DNA of 37,616 bases from Candidatus Woesearchaeota archaeon (GCA_030753365.1 JASMCJ010000050.1:1-37616), one strand, 5' to 3'. Counted from the stretch's first letter, positions 8,771 through 18,938 are shown. Notes: generated by a model not told the origin, from the letters alone. Program-made: numbers and translations.

Positions 8771-9487
8771 ATGGATCCTATCATAGCAGCTAACTGGAAG
8801 ATGAATAAGACAGTTAAGGAAGCTGTCTCTTTTATTAAAGATTTTAAGGAACTTGTTAAGGCTATAACTAATGTTAACATTATTATTTGCCCATCTTCCA
8901 CTTCACTTTATCCTATACATGAAGAATTAGGAGATTCTAATATAAACTTAGGAGCACAGAACATCTATTTTGAAAAGGAAGGCGCTTTTACTGGAGAGCT
9001 TTCTCCTTTGATGGCTAAAGAACTATGCAAGTATGTTATCATAGGCCATTCTGAAAGGCGTGGAATTTTTAATGAAGACAATTCTTTGATTAATAAGAAG
9101 CTCACTGCAGCTTTAGATAACAATCTTACACCAATCTTCTGCATTGGAGAAAGCCTTGAAGAGAAAGAAGCTGGCAAGAGCAAGGACGTTGTAAAGAAAC
9201 AGATCAAAGAAGGGCTTAAAGGCATTGACACAAAAAAGATAATCATAGCATACGAACCAATCTGGGCGATTGGCACTGGCAAGACTGCAACGCCTGATAT
9301 TGCTCAAGACATGCATTCTTTTATCAAAGAAATTGTTGGCAATGTTCCTGTGCTTTATGGCGGCTCTGTAAAGCCTGAAAACATCGTTGAACTCATCAAA
9401 GAGAAAGATATTGATGGCGCTTTGGTTGGTGGAGCTTCATTGGATGCGAAGAGTTTTAGTGAGATTGTGAAGGGTTCTATGAGTTAG
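8771..9487 (+). CDS. tpiA: Triosephosphate isomerase (bacterial-type)
   Basis: AANWKMN, GAFTGE, IIGHSERR, AYEPIWAIGTG, YGGSV, LVGGASL. Confidence 0.97.
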   Translation: MDPIIAANWKMNKTVKEAVSFIKDFKELVKAITNVNIIICPSSTSLYPIHEELGDSNINLGAQNIYFEKEGAFTGELSPLMAKELCKYVIIGHSERRGIFNEDNSLINKKLTAALDNNLTPIFCIGESLEEKEAGKSKDVVKKQIKEGLKGIDTKKIIIAYEPIWAIGTGKTATPDIAQDMHSFIKEIVGNVPVLYGGSVKPENIVELIKEKDIDGALVGGASLDAKSFSEIVKGSMS

Positions 9488-9553
9488 AAAATATTTCTGG
9501 TTTGTTTAAAAAGTGGCATTAAGTTTATAAATATGCCAAAACTCCACTGAATT

Positions 9554-10114
9554 ATGACAGATTCAAAGGTTGAAGAGCAGCAGATAACATCCAGATTGAT
9601 AGATCATCTAGATAGAGTAAAAGAAAAAATCAACTGGAGAAGGTCATATTGGAAAGATGGAAGAGATTATCAGGAAGATGATTTAAATGGAAAGCTAGAT
9701 TCTGATTTTTCATCTAGCAATTATTTTACGAGACTTCTGTCAGGAGAAATGAGCCTTGATTATCATATTAACTGGGATAATCAATCGTCCTATTTTAGTT
9801 TGAAATTTTCTAAATGGGTTCGAATAGGTCTTAAACCTAAACCAGAAGATATTGTTTTATTCTCTAATAATCCTTATTCTGAAGAAAAAGAAACAAAAGG
9901 TCATCTTCCAATATTTCAAGCAACATACCACACAATGTTTACCTTAGAATTTAAAGAAGCAAAAGTGGCAATGCAAGACTTTGTGGACAATGGAATAAGG
10001 TTTGAAGAATATTTTGTTAATATGCAAGATGAAGCAATGAAACAATATTTTGCACTTGTCAAAAGATTTCAAGAGTTCAGAGATGCTGAAGAAGTTGTTA
10101 GAGTAGGTTTCTGA
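9554..10114 (+). CDS. Hypothetical protein
   Basis: 186-aa ORF with a TTTATAAA box ~25 nt upstream; no motif recognised. Confidence 0.7.
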   Translation: MTDSKVEEQQITSRLIDHLDRVKEKINWRRSYWKDGRDYQEDDLNGKLDSDFSSSNYFTRLLSGEMSLDYHINWDNQSSYFSLKFSKWVRIGLKPKPEDIVLFSNNPYSEEKETKGHLPIFQATYHTMFTLEFKEAKVAMQDFVDNGIRFEEYFVNMQDEAMKQYFALVKRFQEFRDAEEVVRVGF

Positions 10115-10282
10115 ATAATGAATAAATATATTTTTTCTATTAAGGCAGCAACCTCTTTTAATAAATCCACACGACGATTGAATATAATTTTTTAAATGTG
10201 CTCACTAAAGATAATGAGCGGTTTTTGACAAATAGAAAGTTTTATATATGTGTATTCACACCTATCCACATAGGTGATAAAT

Positions 10283-10507
10283 ATGCCAAATTTAACATTA
10301 GCAATACCAAATGAATTGCATCATAAAATGAAACAACATACGGAAATTAGATGGAGTGATGTAGTTAGAAAGACTATCTCACAGAAAATAGAAGACTTAG
10401 ATATGATGGATAAACTAACAAGAAGGAGTAAGCTTACACAAAAGGATGTTGATGAGATAGCGCAGAGAATAGATAGTGATGTTGCTAAAAAATTAGGTTT
10501 TAAATGA
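10283..10507 (+). CDS. Ribbon-helix-helix-type antitoxin (VapB-like)
   Basis: MPNLTLAIPNELHHKMKQHTEIRWSDVVRK; AGGTGA SD before ATG 10283; ATGA overlap with a PIN gene. Confidence 0.8.
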   Translation: MPNLTLAIPNELHHKMKQHTEIRWSDVVRKTISQKIEDLDMMDKLTRRSKLTQKDVDEIAQRIDSDVAKKLGFK

Positions 10508-10929
10508 TATTTATCATTGACACTAATATACTTATTTCTGCCTTGATTAAAGATTCAACTACAAGAAAAATAATTGTTGAATTAGATTGGGATTTTTGTT
10601 ATCCAGAAAAAGCATTTCATGAAGTTCGTAAATATAAGAACCTTGTATTGGAAAAATAAGGAATGAATCAGAAGGAATATACAGAAATGCTCAATTACTT
10701 ACTAAAACACATTACATTAATTCCAGAGGAAGTTGTGCAGCAGAAACATGATGAGGCGTATGAGTCGCTTGGAAAAATTGATCCAAATGATGTTATCTTT
10801 TTGGCAACTGCGTTAAGTTTGGATAATTCTAAAATCTGGTCAGATGACGGTCACTTCGAGAAACAGGATAAAGTAAGAGTGTTTAAGACAAAACATATGG
10901 TTGGATTATTCTTCTTATCTGGTTCTTAA
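10504..10929 (+). pseudogene. PIN-domain (VapC-like) toxin interrupted by an in-frame TAA at 10657-10659
   Basis: MIFIIDTNILISALIKDS...VLEK*GMNQKEY...IDPNDVIFLATAL...IWSDDGHF; the ORF track shows only the 3' half. Confidence 0.88.
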
Positions 10930-11022
10930 TGCCATAATATGATTATTGAGTAAAAAACGCCGAAAGTGATAATTACTAAATTCCCCATTACATTTATATA
11001 ATCTAATAGGAAATCAAACCAT

Positions 11023-11487
11023 ATGAAAGAAAGATATTCAATCAAAGATGGTAGAACTGAAGCTGTAATGTGGATATTGTATAAAGATAATAAGATTCTT
11101 ATAGAAGATAGGCCACAGGATGAACAAGGAGAATCAAGATGCATTCCTTGCGGACATATTGATCTGAATAGAGATAAAGAAGATAATTATATTGAATCTG
11201 CATTTCTAAGAGAGTGTCAAGAAGAGTTTGAATCAGGAAATTTTAAACCAATAAAATATGATTTTTTGACAACTGTTGATTTTGATGAGCCAAATAAACA
11301 AGGTGGAATTGACAGATTAAGATTACACTATTTTGTGATTACTGAATGGACTGGAGATATTCCAGAGTATACTGTTGAAGATAACAAGAAACATGCAGAC
11401 TTAGTTTGGCTCCCTATTTCTAAGTATAAGGAATTGCCTCAATCTTGTGACAGGCAAGCATTGGAAGAATTATTAAAGCGAGTTTAG
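11023..11487 (+). CDS. NUDIX-family hydrolase (variant Nudix box)
   Basis: IPCGHID...IESAFLRECQEEF; ILIEDR upstream; EWTGDI and LVW downstream. Confidence 0.78.
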   Translation: MKERYSIKDGRTEAVMWILYKDNKILIEDRPQDEQGESRCIPCGHIDLNRDKEDNYIESAFLRECQEEFESGNFKPIKYDFLTTVDFDEPNKQGGIDRLRLHYFVITEWTGDIPEYTVEDNKKHADLVWLPISKYKELPQSCDRQALEELLKRV

Positions 11488-11543
11488 CAATTAAAGATAA
11501 TCTTCTAAAAACCTTTATATAACTAAACTAATAACCACATAGT

Positions 11544-12677
11544 ATGTTTTGCCCAAACTGCAATAAAGATATTGATGATGATGCCTTATTCTGTCCTGAC
11601 TGTGGAACTAATTTAAAGAAACCAGATGAAACTATAAGTCAGGACAAGCCTATTGAAGAGATTACACCTGAACCTGTTAAGAAAAAGTTCAGCTTCAAAG
11701 ACCATAAGGCAAAACTGTTTACTATTATTACATTATCTTTATTATTAGTTCTCATGATCCTTATGAAGCCAGGCAAAGTCATCCCTGTTGATGTTGACTT
11801 AGAATTTAGCATCTATCAAGATAATTATACTAAGATTGTTATGCCTATTCTATATCTTGACTCAAACATCAATCAATCAAGCTTAGAAGAACTGTTTGAA
11901 CTAAGCAATAGATATAACATTCCTTATACTGCATTCATTGCTGCTGATGCCTTAAGCGATGAAGAGTTCATGACGGAACTTACATTCATATCAAAGAAGT
12001 CTGGAGTAATTCTTAACATCGAGTCTGCTGGCTATAAACACACACAATATAAGCAGCTTGAATACGGCAGGCAGGAAATCCTTATCAAAAATTCAAAGAG
12101 ATTGTTTAAGGACAATGGCATAAAGATTACAGGCTTCTTCCCTATTAGCTTTTCCTATGATTACAATACTATTTTAGCTGCTGAGAATAATAATATCAAA
12201 TACATCACACTACCAGATAATAAAATAAGGCCTTACCATCCAATGTCTCCTTTGGATATGAAGATGAGCATATTAATTTTCCCATTATATCAGGATAATG
12301 ATTGGGTTACAAGAAACAATGGAACATTCTCAGTGCTTATGAATCCTAATGCTGACTTGAAAGAATATGAAAACCTGTTCAGAGGGCTTAAGAAGGATAA
12401 CATAATGCTTACAACAATGAATGACATGAATGAACATATCAGAACAATGGAAAAGATGGAAGCAGAGATTACAACTGATTATAAGAAGCTCAAGTCAAAT
12501 ATAAGATTCTTTAACACTATAAACAATACAAGGATAGATTTCAAGACAATGTTAAAGCCAAGGAATATTACACTTAATAATGCTTCAACTGACTGGCAGC
12601 CTTACGGAGAAGGATTTTATATCTTTTTGAATGAGAATGATAAAAGAGTATTAATAGAATGGCAGGAAATTAATTAG
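11544..12677 (+). CDS. Zinc-ribbon + single TM + degenerate polysaccharide deacetylase-like domain
   Basis: MFCPNC...FCPDCG; TM LFTIITLSLLLVLMILM; NodB-like YNIPYTAFI, IESAGYKH, ITGFFP. Confidence 0.65.
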   Translation: MFCPNCNKDIDDDALFCPDCGTNLKKPDETISQDKPIEEITPEPVKKKFSFKDHKAKLFTIITLSLLLVLMILMKPGKVIPVDVDLEFSIYQDNYTKIVMPILYLDSNINQSSLEELFELSNRYNIPYTAFIAADALSDEEFMTELTFISKKSGVILNIESAGYKHTQYKQLEYGRQEILIKNSKRLFKDNGIKITGFFPISFSYDYNTILAAENNNIKYITLPDNKIRPYHPMSPLDMKMSILIFPLYQDNDWVTRNNGTFSVLMNPNADLKEYENLFRGLKKDNIMLTTMNDMNEHIRTMEKMEAEITTDYKKLKSNIRFFNTINNTRIDFKTMLKPRNITLNNASTDWQPYGEGFYIFLNENDKRVLIEWQEIN

Positions 12678-13084
12678 GTTTTCTTTATATCAAGCGGCGG
12701 CTTCCTTAACTCCTGAAGCCACATAAGACCAACTCTTATCATTTCCTTGTTAAAACTGTCAGAAAGTTTGTATGTTTTCTTGTATAAATCATAATTAATA
12801 AGCCCCATGCTCTTCAAAGGTGTAAGAATCCTGTCATAGAATTGCCTTTTATTGTATGATATCTTAACCTTCTTTCCAAGGTAAGGCTCTTCATCAATGG
12901 TTGTTATAAGGTTTCCTTCATGAAGCCTGTTTGCAAAAAGGCTCATCTCTGTCTTTGTCACTTCATTATCTTTTTCTTTTAAATCAAGAATCAGCAACTT
13001 TGCAACTATTATTTGCTGTTTTGTAGCAAATATAACTTCATAAATGCTTTCAGGCATGTTGAATCTATCAAATAGTATTACCAT
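12674..13084 (-). CDS. Conserved hypothetical protein, probable winged helix
   Basis: YNKRQFYDRILTPLKSMGLINYDLYKKTYKLS helix-wing pattern; ATG 13084 behind GGGGGA. Confidence 0.7.
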   Translation of the reverse strand: MVILFDRFNMPESIYEVIFATKQQIIVAKLLILDLKEKDNEVTKTEMSLFANRLHEGNLITTIDEEPYLGKKVKISYNKRQFYDRILTPLKSMGLINYDLYKKTYKLSDSFNKEMIRVGLMWLQELRKPPLDIKKT

Positions 13085-13207
13085 ACTGAATTCCCCCAAA
13101 ATTAATTCTAGTTAGAAAATAGATACAATAGTATATAAATGTTGCTTTTTGGTATATTAGGGTAGAATATATTAGTTAAGGTACACTATTATCCCATTCT
13201 TTTTCTA

Positions 13208-14557
13208 CTAATTCTGTTTAGGGATTTTATCATAATGCTTAGCAACAGAAATAGGCACAAAAGCTGCTCCTTCTTCTTTATTTTTTACCAATCCCACATC
13301 CCTTCCATATTTATCAAAATCAAAGTACTGTTGAGGGTTCCCTGCCATTCCAGTAACTAATGTTTTAACTAAATCCTGATAAAACAGGGTTGCCCAGTTA
13401 TTCAAATATTGTTCCTCAGAATTAAACATATCAGGCTTTGTCACATGAGCACCATCCCCTCGTACATTTAAAGGGGTTTTAAGTGGCTGGTTTTTTATAA
13501 GATTTATATAAGGCTCTAACAAACCATTAAATTGTTCAGTCTTGTTTAAGAATTTTAATTTCTTTTCAAGTGATTCTCTATCACATTGTTTTCCACTTAT
13601 TGCATTATATAATTCACTAACAAGATATTCTGTAGCTATTGCCGCATACATGCATGAAGGCTGTTCTCCTTCTGTACCTCTCCTAAACGCGCTTCCAAGC
13701 TCACCAAAAGAGCCTATTATCTTATTCATATTCAACGGTCTTTGTAATTCTCCAAAATGAAACCATGGCGAATCAGAAACAAGTACAGACTTTAACTCCT
13801 TGATACTACCAATAACCTCACTTTCTTTCACTTTGTCAGAAGTATATTGTGGGAGAGGCAAAGCAAAACCTACAATTAAAGCATTTCTCTCAGGCACAAG
13901 ACCTTTCACACCCACTAATACTTTTGAGCCAGACAGGTCTGCAAATTCACCTAACAGATACAAAGAAGCTAAATGAGCAAAATACTTCTGAACTTCTCGA
14001 ATATTGTTTGTGATATCAGAAAAGCCTTGATTCAATTGTCTAAACTGATTATAATGCTGAGGATCCATAGTGGTAAGAGGATGGCTTCCATTTGATTTGC
14101 CATATCGTTCTGCAATCTCAAGTAAAACTTTCCCTTCATCATTAATAATACCATCTTCATCCTGCCTGATAATGTCCACCAGTTTTCTTGTTTCTTTTAC
14201 ATTAGGCGGAAGTATGAGAAAATCAGTAAAATTGCTGTCTCTATATGTCCAAATAGTATATGACTTAAAGCTCAATTCTTGTTTTCCATCTGGATTATGA
14301 GTTTCATAATTATAGAAAACTTTGAAGATTTCATCTTCAGGTAAAGGGATAACTAATGACCTTCCTAAACCAAAAATGGTATAATTCCTCATATTCAAAG
14401 AAGATAACGTCTGATTAATTTCATCAGAAAAACTGGTTTCATCAAAGCCAATGTCCCTAATCTCTTTGTCTTTTACAGCACAATCTATTAAGTTCTCTAT
14501 ACTAGATTTCTCACTTGGTTCATCCTTTTTATAAAAATGGATTCTATGTGGTAACAT
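13208..14557 (-). CDS. Hypothetical protein with a candidate C-terminal HEPN-like domain
   Basis: Long ORF, likely start ATG 14557 (MLPHRIHF) with a TATA-like box upstream; helical C-terminus with RGDGAH (Rx4H). Confidence 0.6.
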   Translation of the reverse strand: MLPHRIHFYKKDEPSEKSSIENLIDCAVKDKEIRDIGFDETSFSDEINQTLSSLNMRNYTIFGLGRSLVIPLPEDEIFKVFYNYETHNPDGKQELSFKSYTIWTYRDSNFTDFLILPPNVKETRKLVDIIRQDEDGIINDEGKVLLEIAERYGKSNGSHPLTTMDPQHYNQFRQLNQGFSDITNNIREVQKYFAHLASLYLLGEFADLSGSKVLVGVKGLVPERNALIVGFALPLPQYTSDKVKESEVIGSIKELKSVLVSDSPWFHFGELQRPLNMNKIIGSFGELGSAFRRGTEGEQPSCMYAAIATEYLVSELYNAISGKQCDRESLEKKLKFLNKTEQFNGLLEPYINLIKNQPLKTPLNVRGDGAHVTKPDMFNSEEQYLNNWATLFYQDLVKTLVTGMAGNPQQYFDFDKYGRDVGLVKNKEEGAAFVPISVAKHYDKIPKQN

Positions 14558-14630
14558 AACATAGAAGGAGCAGTTTATGATATATAAATGTCTCTGTCTT
14601 TTAGTCCTTAACAGTAACAAATAAAACAAT

Positions 14631-15407
14631 TTAAATTGTGTCTTTTTTTGGTTTTATCGCCTTCAACAAAACCAATCCGCCAATAAACATAATCACTGAT
14701 AACACCTGCCCCATTGATAAGCCAAAGATTATAAAGCCAAGCTGGGAATCAGGTACTCTTACAAATTCTACAAAGAATCTTAACGAAGAATACATGAGGA
14801 TAAAGATTGAAAATAAGTATCCTTTTGGCAGGTTTTTCTTATTTAATGTCCATAACACTGAGAATATGAATAGATTCTTAAGCGATTCATAGATTTGCGA
14901 TGGATGTCTAAAACCTTCTGCTCCTTTAAATTTAACAGCCCATGGAAGATTAGTTACTCTGCCATACAATTCTCCATTAAGGAAGTTGCCTATCCTTCCA
15001 AGAGCTAAAGCAATGCTAAGAGGTATTACTATGATATCACCTAATTCTAAAAAAGATACTTTCTTCTTTTTACAGAATATTAGGGTAGCTACAATAGAAC
15101 CTATAAAACCTCCATGGAAAGATAAGCCGCCATGCCATATTGCAAATATATCTAAAGGATGAGCTAAGAAATATTTTGGATTGTAAACAAGCACATAAAA
15201 CAACCTTGAACCTAAGATAACGCCAATCAATAGATAAAACAATAAGTCTGTGACATCATCCTTGGTTATATCCAGCCCTTTCTTTTTGATTATATAATTT
15301 ATTAAAAAATAAGCTATCACAAACCCAAGCACATAGATTATGCCATAGTACCTTATTTGGAATGGACCTAAACTAAACAATATAGGATTTATGTTATGAT
15401 AGAACAT
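14631..15407 (-). CDS. lgt: Prolipoprotein diacylglyceryl transferase
   Basis: IRYYG, GSRLFYV, WHGGLSFHGG, GRIGNFLNGELYGR, RHPSQIYE, RFFVEFVR; multi-TM. Confidence 0.96.
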   Translation of the reverse strand: MFYHNINPILFSLGPFQIRYYGIIYVLGFVIAYFLINYIIKKKGLDITKDDVTDLLFYLLIGVILGSRLFYVLVYNPKYFLAHPLDIFAIWHGGLSFHGGFIGSIVATLIFCKKKKVSFLELGDIIVIPLSIALALGRIGNFLNGELYGRVTNLPWAVKFKGAEGFRHPSQIYESLKNLFIFSVLWTLNKKNLPKGYLFSIFILMYSSLRFFVEFVRVPDSQLGFIIFGLSMGQVLSVIMFIGGLVLLKAIKPKKDTI

Positions 15408-15445
15408 TTTAATAGAATTATAATAGCTTTTACTAATAAAGGTTT

Positions 15446-16129
15446 CTATGATTCAAATACCCTTTCCTTATCCTTTTCTGTCAGATTCCTATATTCTTCT
15501 GGCTTTAAATTCCCAAGCTCAAGATTGCCTATTTTAATCCTTTTCAGAGAAATCACCTTAAATTCTAACTCTTCAAGTATTTTCCTTATAATTCTATTCT
15601 TGCCTTCATGGATGGTTATCTCAATCAATCTAAGACCATGCTTCTTAACCTGCGCAGGAGCAGTTTTCTCTCCTTCAAGCCTCATGCCTCGTTCAATTAG
15701 TTTAATCTTATTATAACTTATAGGATTATTTATTTCTGCCATATATGTTTTATTGACTTCATATCTTGGATGCATTACTTTGTTTGCAAAATCTCCATCA
15801 TTAGTAAGAAGCAATAAGCCTGAACTATTATAATCAAGCCTTCCTATAGGGAACACTCTTTCTTTAACATTAATAAAATCCATTACTGTTTTATATTGAG
15901 GATCTGTTAATGCTGTTACACATCCTAAAGGCTTATGAAACATAATATAGACCTTCTCCTGCTTTTTGACAAGCTTGCCATCAACAGAGATTTTATCTTC
16001 CTCAGAAGCTTTGTCTCCTATAGAGATTACTTTCCCGTTTACTTTAACCCTGCCTTCTTTTATGATTTCTTCAGCTTTCCTTCTGGATATATATCCATAG
16101 TTGCTTAATAGTTTTTGTACGCGGTCCAT
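15446..16129 (-). CDS. S4-domain pseudouridine synthase (RsuA/RluB family)
   Basis: S4 domain SRRKAEEIIKEGRVKVNG; HKPLG; GRLDYNSSGLLLLTNDG; HPRY; EGKNRIIR; start ATG 16129. Confidence 0.93.
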   Translation of the reverse strand: MDRVQKLLSNYGYISRRKAEEIIKEGRVKVNGKVISIGDKASEEDKISVDGKLVKKQEKVYIMFHKPLGCVTALTDPQYKTVMDFINVKERVFPIGRLDYNSSGLLLLTNDGDFANKVMHPRYEVNKTYMAEINNPISYNKIKLIERGMRLEGEKTAPAQVKKHGLRLIEITIHEGKNRIIRKILEELEFKVISLKRIKIGNLELGNLKPEEYRNLTEKDKERVFES

Positions 16130-16210
16130 AATAACCAAACTGCTGGCTATAGATATAAATGTTACTGATTGAAACAAACCTTTTTAAACAACCAATGCAG
16201 ATAATACATT

Positions 16211-16963
16211 ATGAGGAAAGGATTTTGGACTGTTGCTAAGCAGATCATAAAGAAAGCTGATATTGTGCTTGAAGTGTTAGATGCAAGAATGCCAGAACTT
16301 ACAAGGAATAAACAGATGGAAAAAAATGCTGCAAAGTGCAGGAAACCTCTTATTCTCGTTATAAACAAAGGGGACCTTGTGTCATCCACTACAAAGACAT
16401 ATTTGAGGAAAAGGTATCAGAACCATCTTCTTATATCATCCAAGCTTTCAAAAGGCATAAACGAATTAGTAGAGATGATAAAAAGCAGAATAAATAGAAA
16501 AGAGATAAGGGTTGCAGTTATAGGCTATCCTAATACTGGCAAAAGCTCGCTTATTAACAGGCTGTCTAAAGGCGGCAAGGTAAGGACAAGCTCTGAGTCT
16601 GGGTTTACTAAAGGGCTCCAGTTGATTGCAGGCAAAGAAAACCTTAGGCTGTTTGACACGCCGGGAGTAGTGCCATTTGAGGAAAGGGATGATATCAGGC
16701 TTGGCCTTATGTCAGGCATAAGCCCTTCAAAATTGGAAGACCCTGAGATGGTTGCATGCGAGCTTATCAAAATATTCAAAGAGAACAATCCTAAAGCTCT
16801 TAAGAGAGCTTATGGAGTTGACCCAAAAGGTAAAATCCCCGATGACTTCTTAGTAGAATTTGGCAGGAAGAAGAACATGCTTAAGAAGAAGGGAGAAATA
16901 GATGAAAGAAGGGCTGCTATCCAACTTCTCATTGATTGGCATAAAGGTAAGATAAAGCTTTGA
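16211..16963 (+). CDS. Circularly permuted ribosome-biogenesis GTPase (YlqF/RbgA family)
   Basis: Motif order EVLDAR, NKGD (G4), GYPNTGKSS (G1), DTPG (G3). Confidence 0.92.
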   Translation: MRKGFWTVAKQIIKKADIVLEVLDARMPELTRNKQMEKNAAKCRKPLILVINKGDLVSSTTKTYLRKRYQNHLLISSKLSKGINELVEMIKSRINRKEIRVAVIGYPNTGKSSLINRLSKGGKVRTSSESGFTKGLQLIAGKENLRLFDTPGVVPFEERDDIRLGLMSGISPSKLEDPEMVACELIKIFKENNPKALKRAYGVDPKGKIPDDFLVEFGRKKNMLKKKGEIDERRAAIQLLIDWHKGKIKL

Positions 16964-17015
16964 TTCCCTCTATAAAAGAACAACTTTAATAAACACTCTT
17001 GTTTCTCACTTATTT

Positions 17016-18938
17016 ATGGAATACAAAGGATTAGTTTTAGATAAATTCCAGGAAGATGCAATAAAAGCTATTGAAGACAACCATTCTGTTGTAGTCTCAG
17101 CTCCAACAGGTTCAGGAAAAACCTTAATTGGAGATTATATTATTAACAAAGATATTAAGAAAGGAATACGAGTTATTTACACTGCTCCTATCAAAGCGCT
17201 TTCCAATCAAAAGTATAAAGAGTTCTCAACAGATTATGGTGAAAAGAATGTTGGCCTTCTTACAGGCGACATTGTAAAGAATCCTGGCGCTCCCATTCTT
17301 ATTATGACCACTGAGATTTACAGGAACATGGCGCTTATCAATGATCCAATGCTTGACTCTGTGTCTTATGTTATTTTTGATGAAATACATTTCATTAACG
17401 ATATAGAAAGGGGTTATGTTTGGGAAGAGTCTATCATTTTCTCAAAGCTTAAAGTAAGATTTCTCTGCCTTTCTGCTACTATCCCAAACGCTGAAGAGTT
17501 CGCTGACTGGATAAGGTCTATCAAAAGGCATAAGGTTGATGTGATAAAGCACACAAAGAGAAGCGTTCCTTTGCATAGAAGGTTCTATGACTCTGAACTA
17601 GGCATTTCAACATTGGAAGAAATTAAAGATGTTAAAGATATCCCTGATTACAAGTATGTAAGAGGTAGGTCAAGGAGAAGACAGCCAAAGATTATACCTC
17701 CTTCGCATGTTGAGCTTATAAAAGAGATAAAAGATAAATTGCCAGGCTTCTTTTTCAACTTTTCAAGAAAGAAGTGTCAGGATAACGCTCTTGAGCTTGC
17801 AAAAGCAAATATATTTGATATTAACCATGAGATTAATTCTATCATTAGAAATAAACTTTCAGAAGCTTCTCCTGAGATTAATAATCTCCAGTCCACAAAG
17901 ATGTTAAGACAGACTTTGCCTTATGGCATTGGCTTCCATCATGCAGGATTAATTCCTATAATGAAGGAATTGGTTGAAGAACTTTTCTCTAAAGGGCTTA
18001 TCAAAGTGCTTTACACCACTGAAACTTTTGCAGTGGGAATAAATATGCCTGCAAAGACTGTCTGCTTTGAATCTCTTAGGAAATTTGACGGTGTAAATTT
18101 CAGGTTCCTTAACTCAAAGGAATATTTCCAGATTGCAGGCAGAGCAGGAAGAAGAGGTATTGACAAGGAAGGCTTTGTGTATTCAATGGTTGACAGGAGA
18201 GACTTTGATTATGGATTGATGAAAAGGATTACAGGCTCTGATATCGAGCCTATAAAGTCACAGTTCAGGCTTTCTGTAAACACTGTGCTTAACCTTATCA
18301 AGATGCATGAACAGAAAGAGATTGAAAGGATATTGAAAAGAAATTTCTATACTTTCCAGAAGTATGGAAGAAACTTTGACAAGTCAAAGAAAGGAGAAGT
18401 GTTTTACACTTTTAATAACATAAAGAAAAAATTGTCAAGAATGAATTATATACAACAGAACTTCCTCACAGAAAAGGGTGAGTTTGCTTCAAGGATTTAT
18501 GCTGACGAAATCCTATTAGGAGAAATCTTTGCAACCGACTTTTATAAAAAGCTTAACGAATATCAAATGCTTATGCTTATTGCCTGCGTTTGTTATGAAC
18601 CAAGGAAGAGGACAGAGTTTTACAAAGAATACCCATCAAAAGATACCAAAGACCTTTTCAACAAGTTAGGCAATGACAAATATTTCCGAAAGAACAGGAA
18701 GTTCAATCATATCAAAGAGCTTACTGCAATGGTTCATCCATGCTACCATGGAAAAGATATCTTTGAAATCATGGATAACACTAACTTTCTTGAAGGCGAT
18801 TTAATAAGGTTTTTCAGGCAGATCCTTGACAGGATGGGACAGATAAAGGCTGCCACTCATGATAATGTGCTGATTGACATGCTTAACAACTGTCAAAAGA
18901 TTATCAATGATTGTTTAAGAGATATTGATATTATATAG
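17016..18938 (+). CDS. Ski2/Mtr4/HelY-like DExH RNA helicase
   Basis: APTGSGKT, YTAPIKALSNQKY, MTTEIYRN, DEIH, LSAT, HHAG, TETFAVGINMPA, QIAGRAGRRGID; C-terminal EGDLIR (DSHCT-like). Confidence 0.93.
   Translation: MEYKGLVLDKFQEDAIKAIEDNHSVVVSAPTGSGKTLIGDYIINKDIKKGIRVIYTAPIKALSNQKYKEFSTDYGEKNVGLLTGDIVKNPGAPILIMTTEIYRNMALINDPMLDSVSYVIFDEIHFINDIERGYVWEESIIFSKLKVRFLCLSATIPNAEEFADWIRSIKRHKVDVIKHTKRSVPLHRRFYDSELGISTLEEIKDVKDIPDYKYVRGRSRRRQPKIIPPSHVELIKEIKDKLPGFFFNFSRKKCQDNALELAKANIFDINHEINSIIRNKLSEASPEINNLQSTKMLRQTLPYGIGFHHAGLIPIMKELVEELFSKGLIKVLYTTETFAVGINMPAKTVCFESLRKFDGVNFRFLNSKEYFQIAGRAGRRGIDKEGFVYSMVDRRDFDYGLMKRITGSDIEPIKSQFRLSVNTVLNLIKMHEQKEIERILKRNFYTFQKYGRNFDKSKKGEVFYTFNNIKKKLSRMNYIQQNFLTEKGEFASRIYADEILLGEIFATDFYKKLNEYQMLMLIACVCYEPRKRTEFYKEYPSKDTKDLFNKLGNDKYFRKNRKFNHIKELTAMVHPCYHGKDIFEIMDNTNFLEGDLIRFFRQILDRMGQIKAATHDNVLIDMLNNCQKIINDCLRDIDII

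Noticed and set aside
9554-11487. Integron-like cassette array or integrated element around the TA pair
   Set aside because: The gene content looks accessory, but I found no integrase, shared att-like repeat or flanking duplication.
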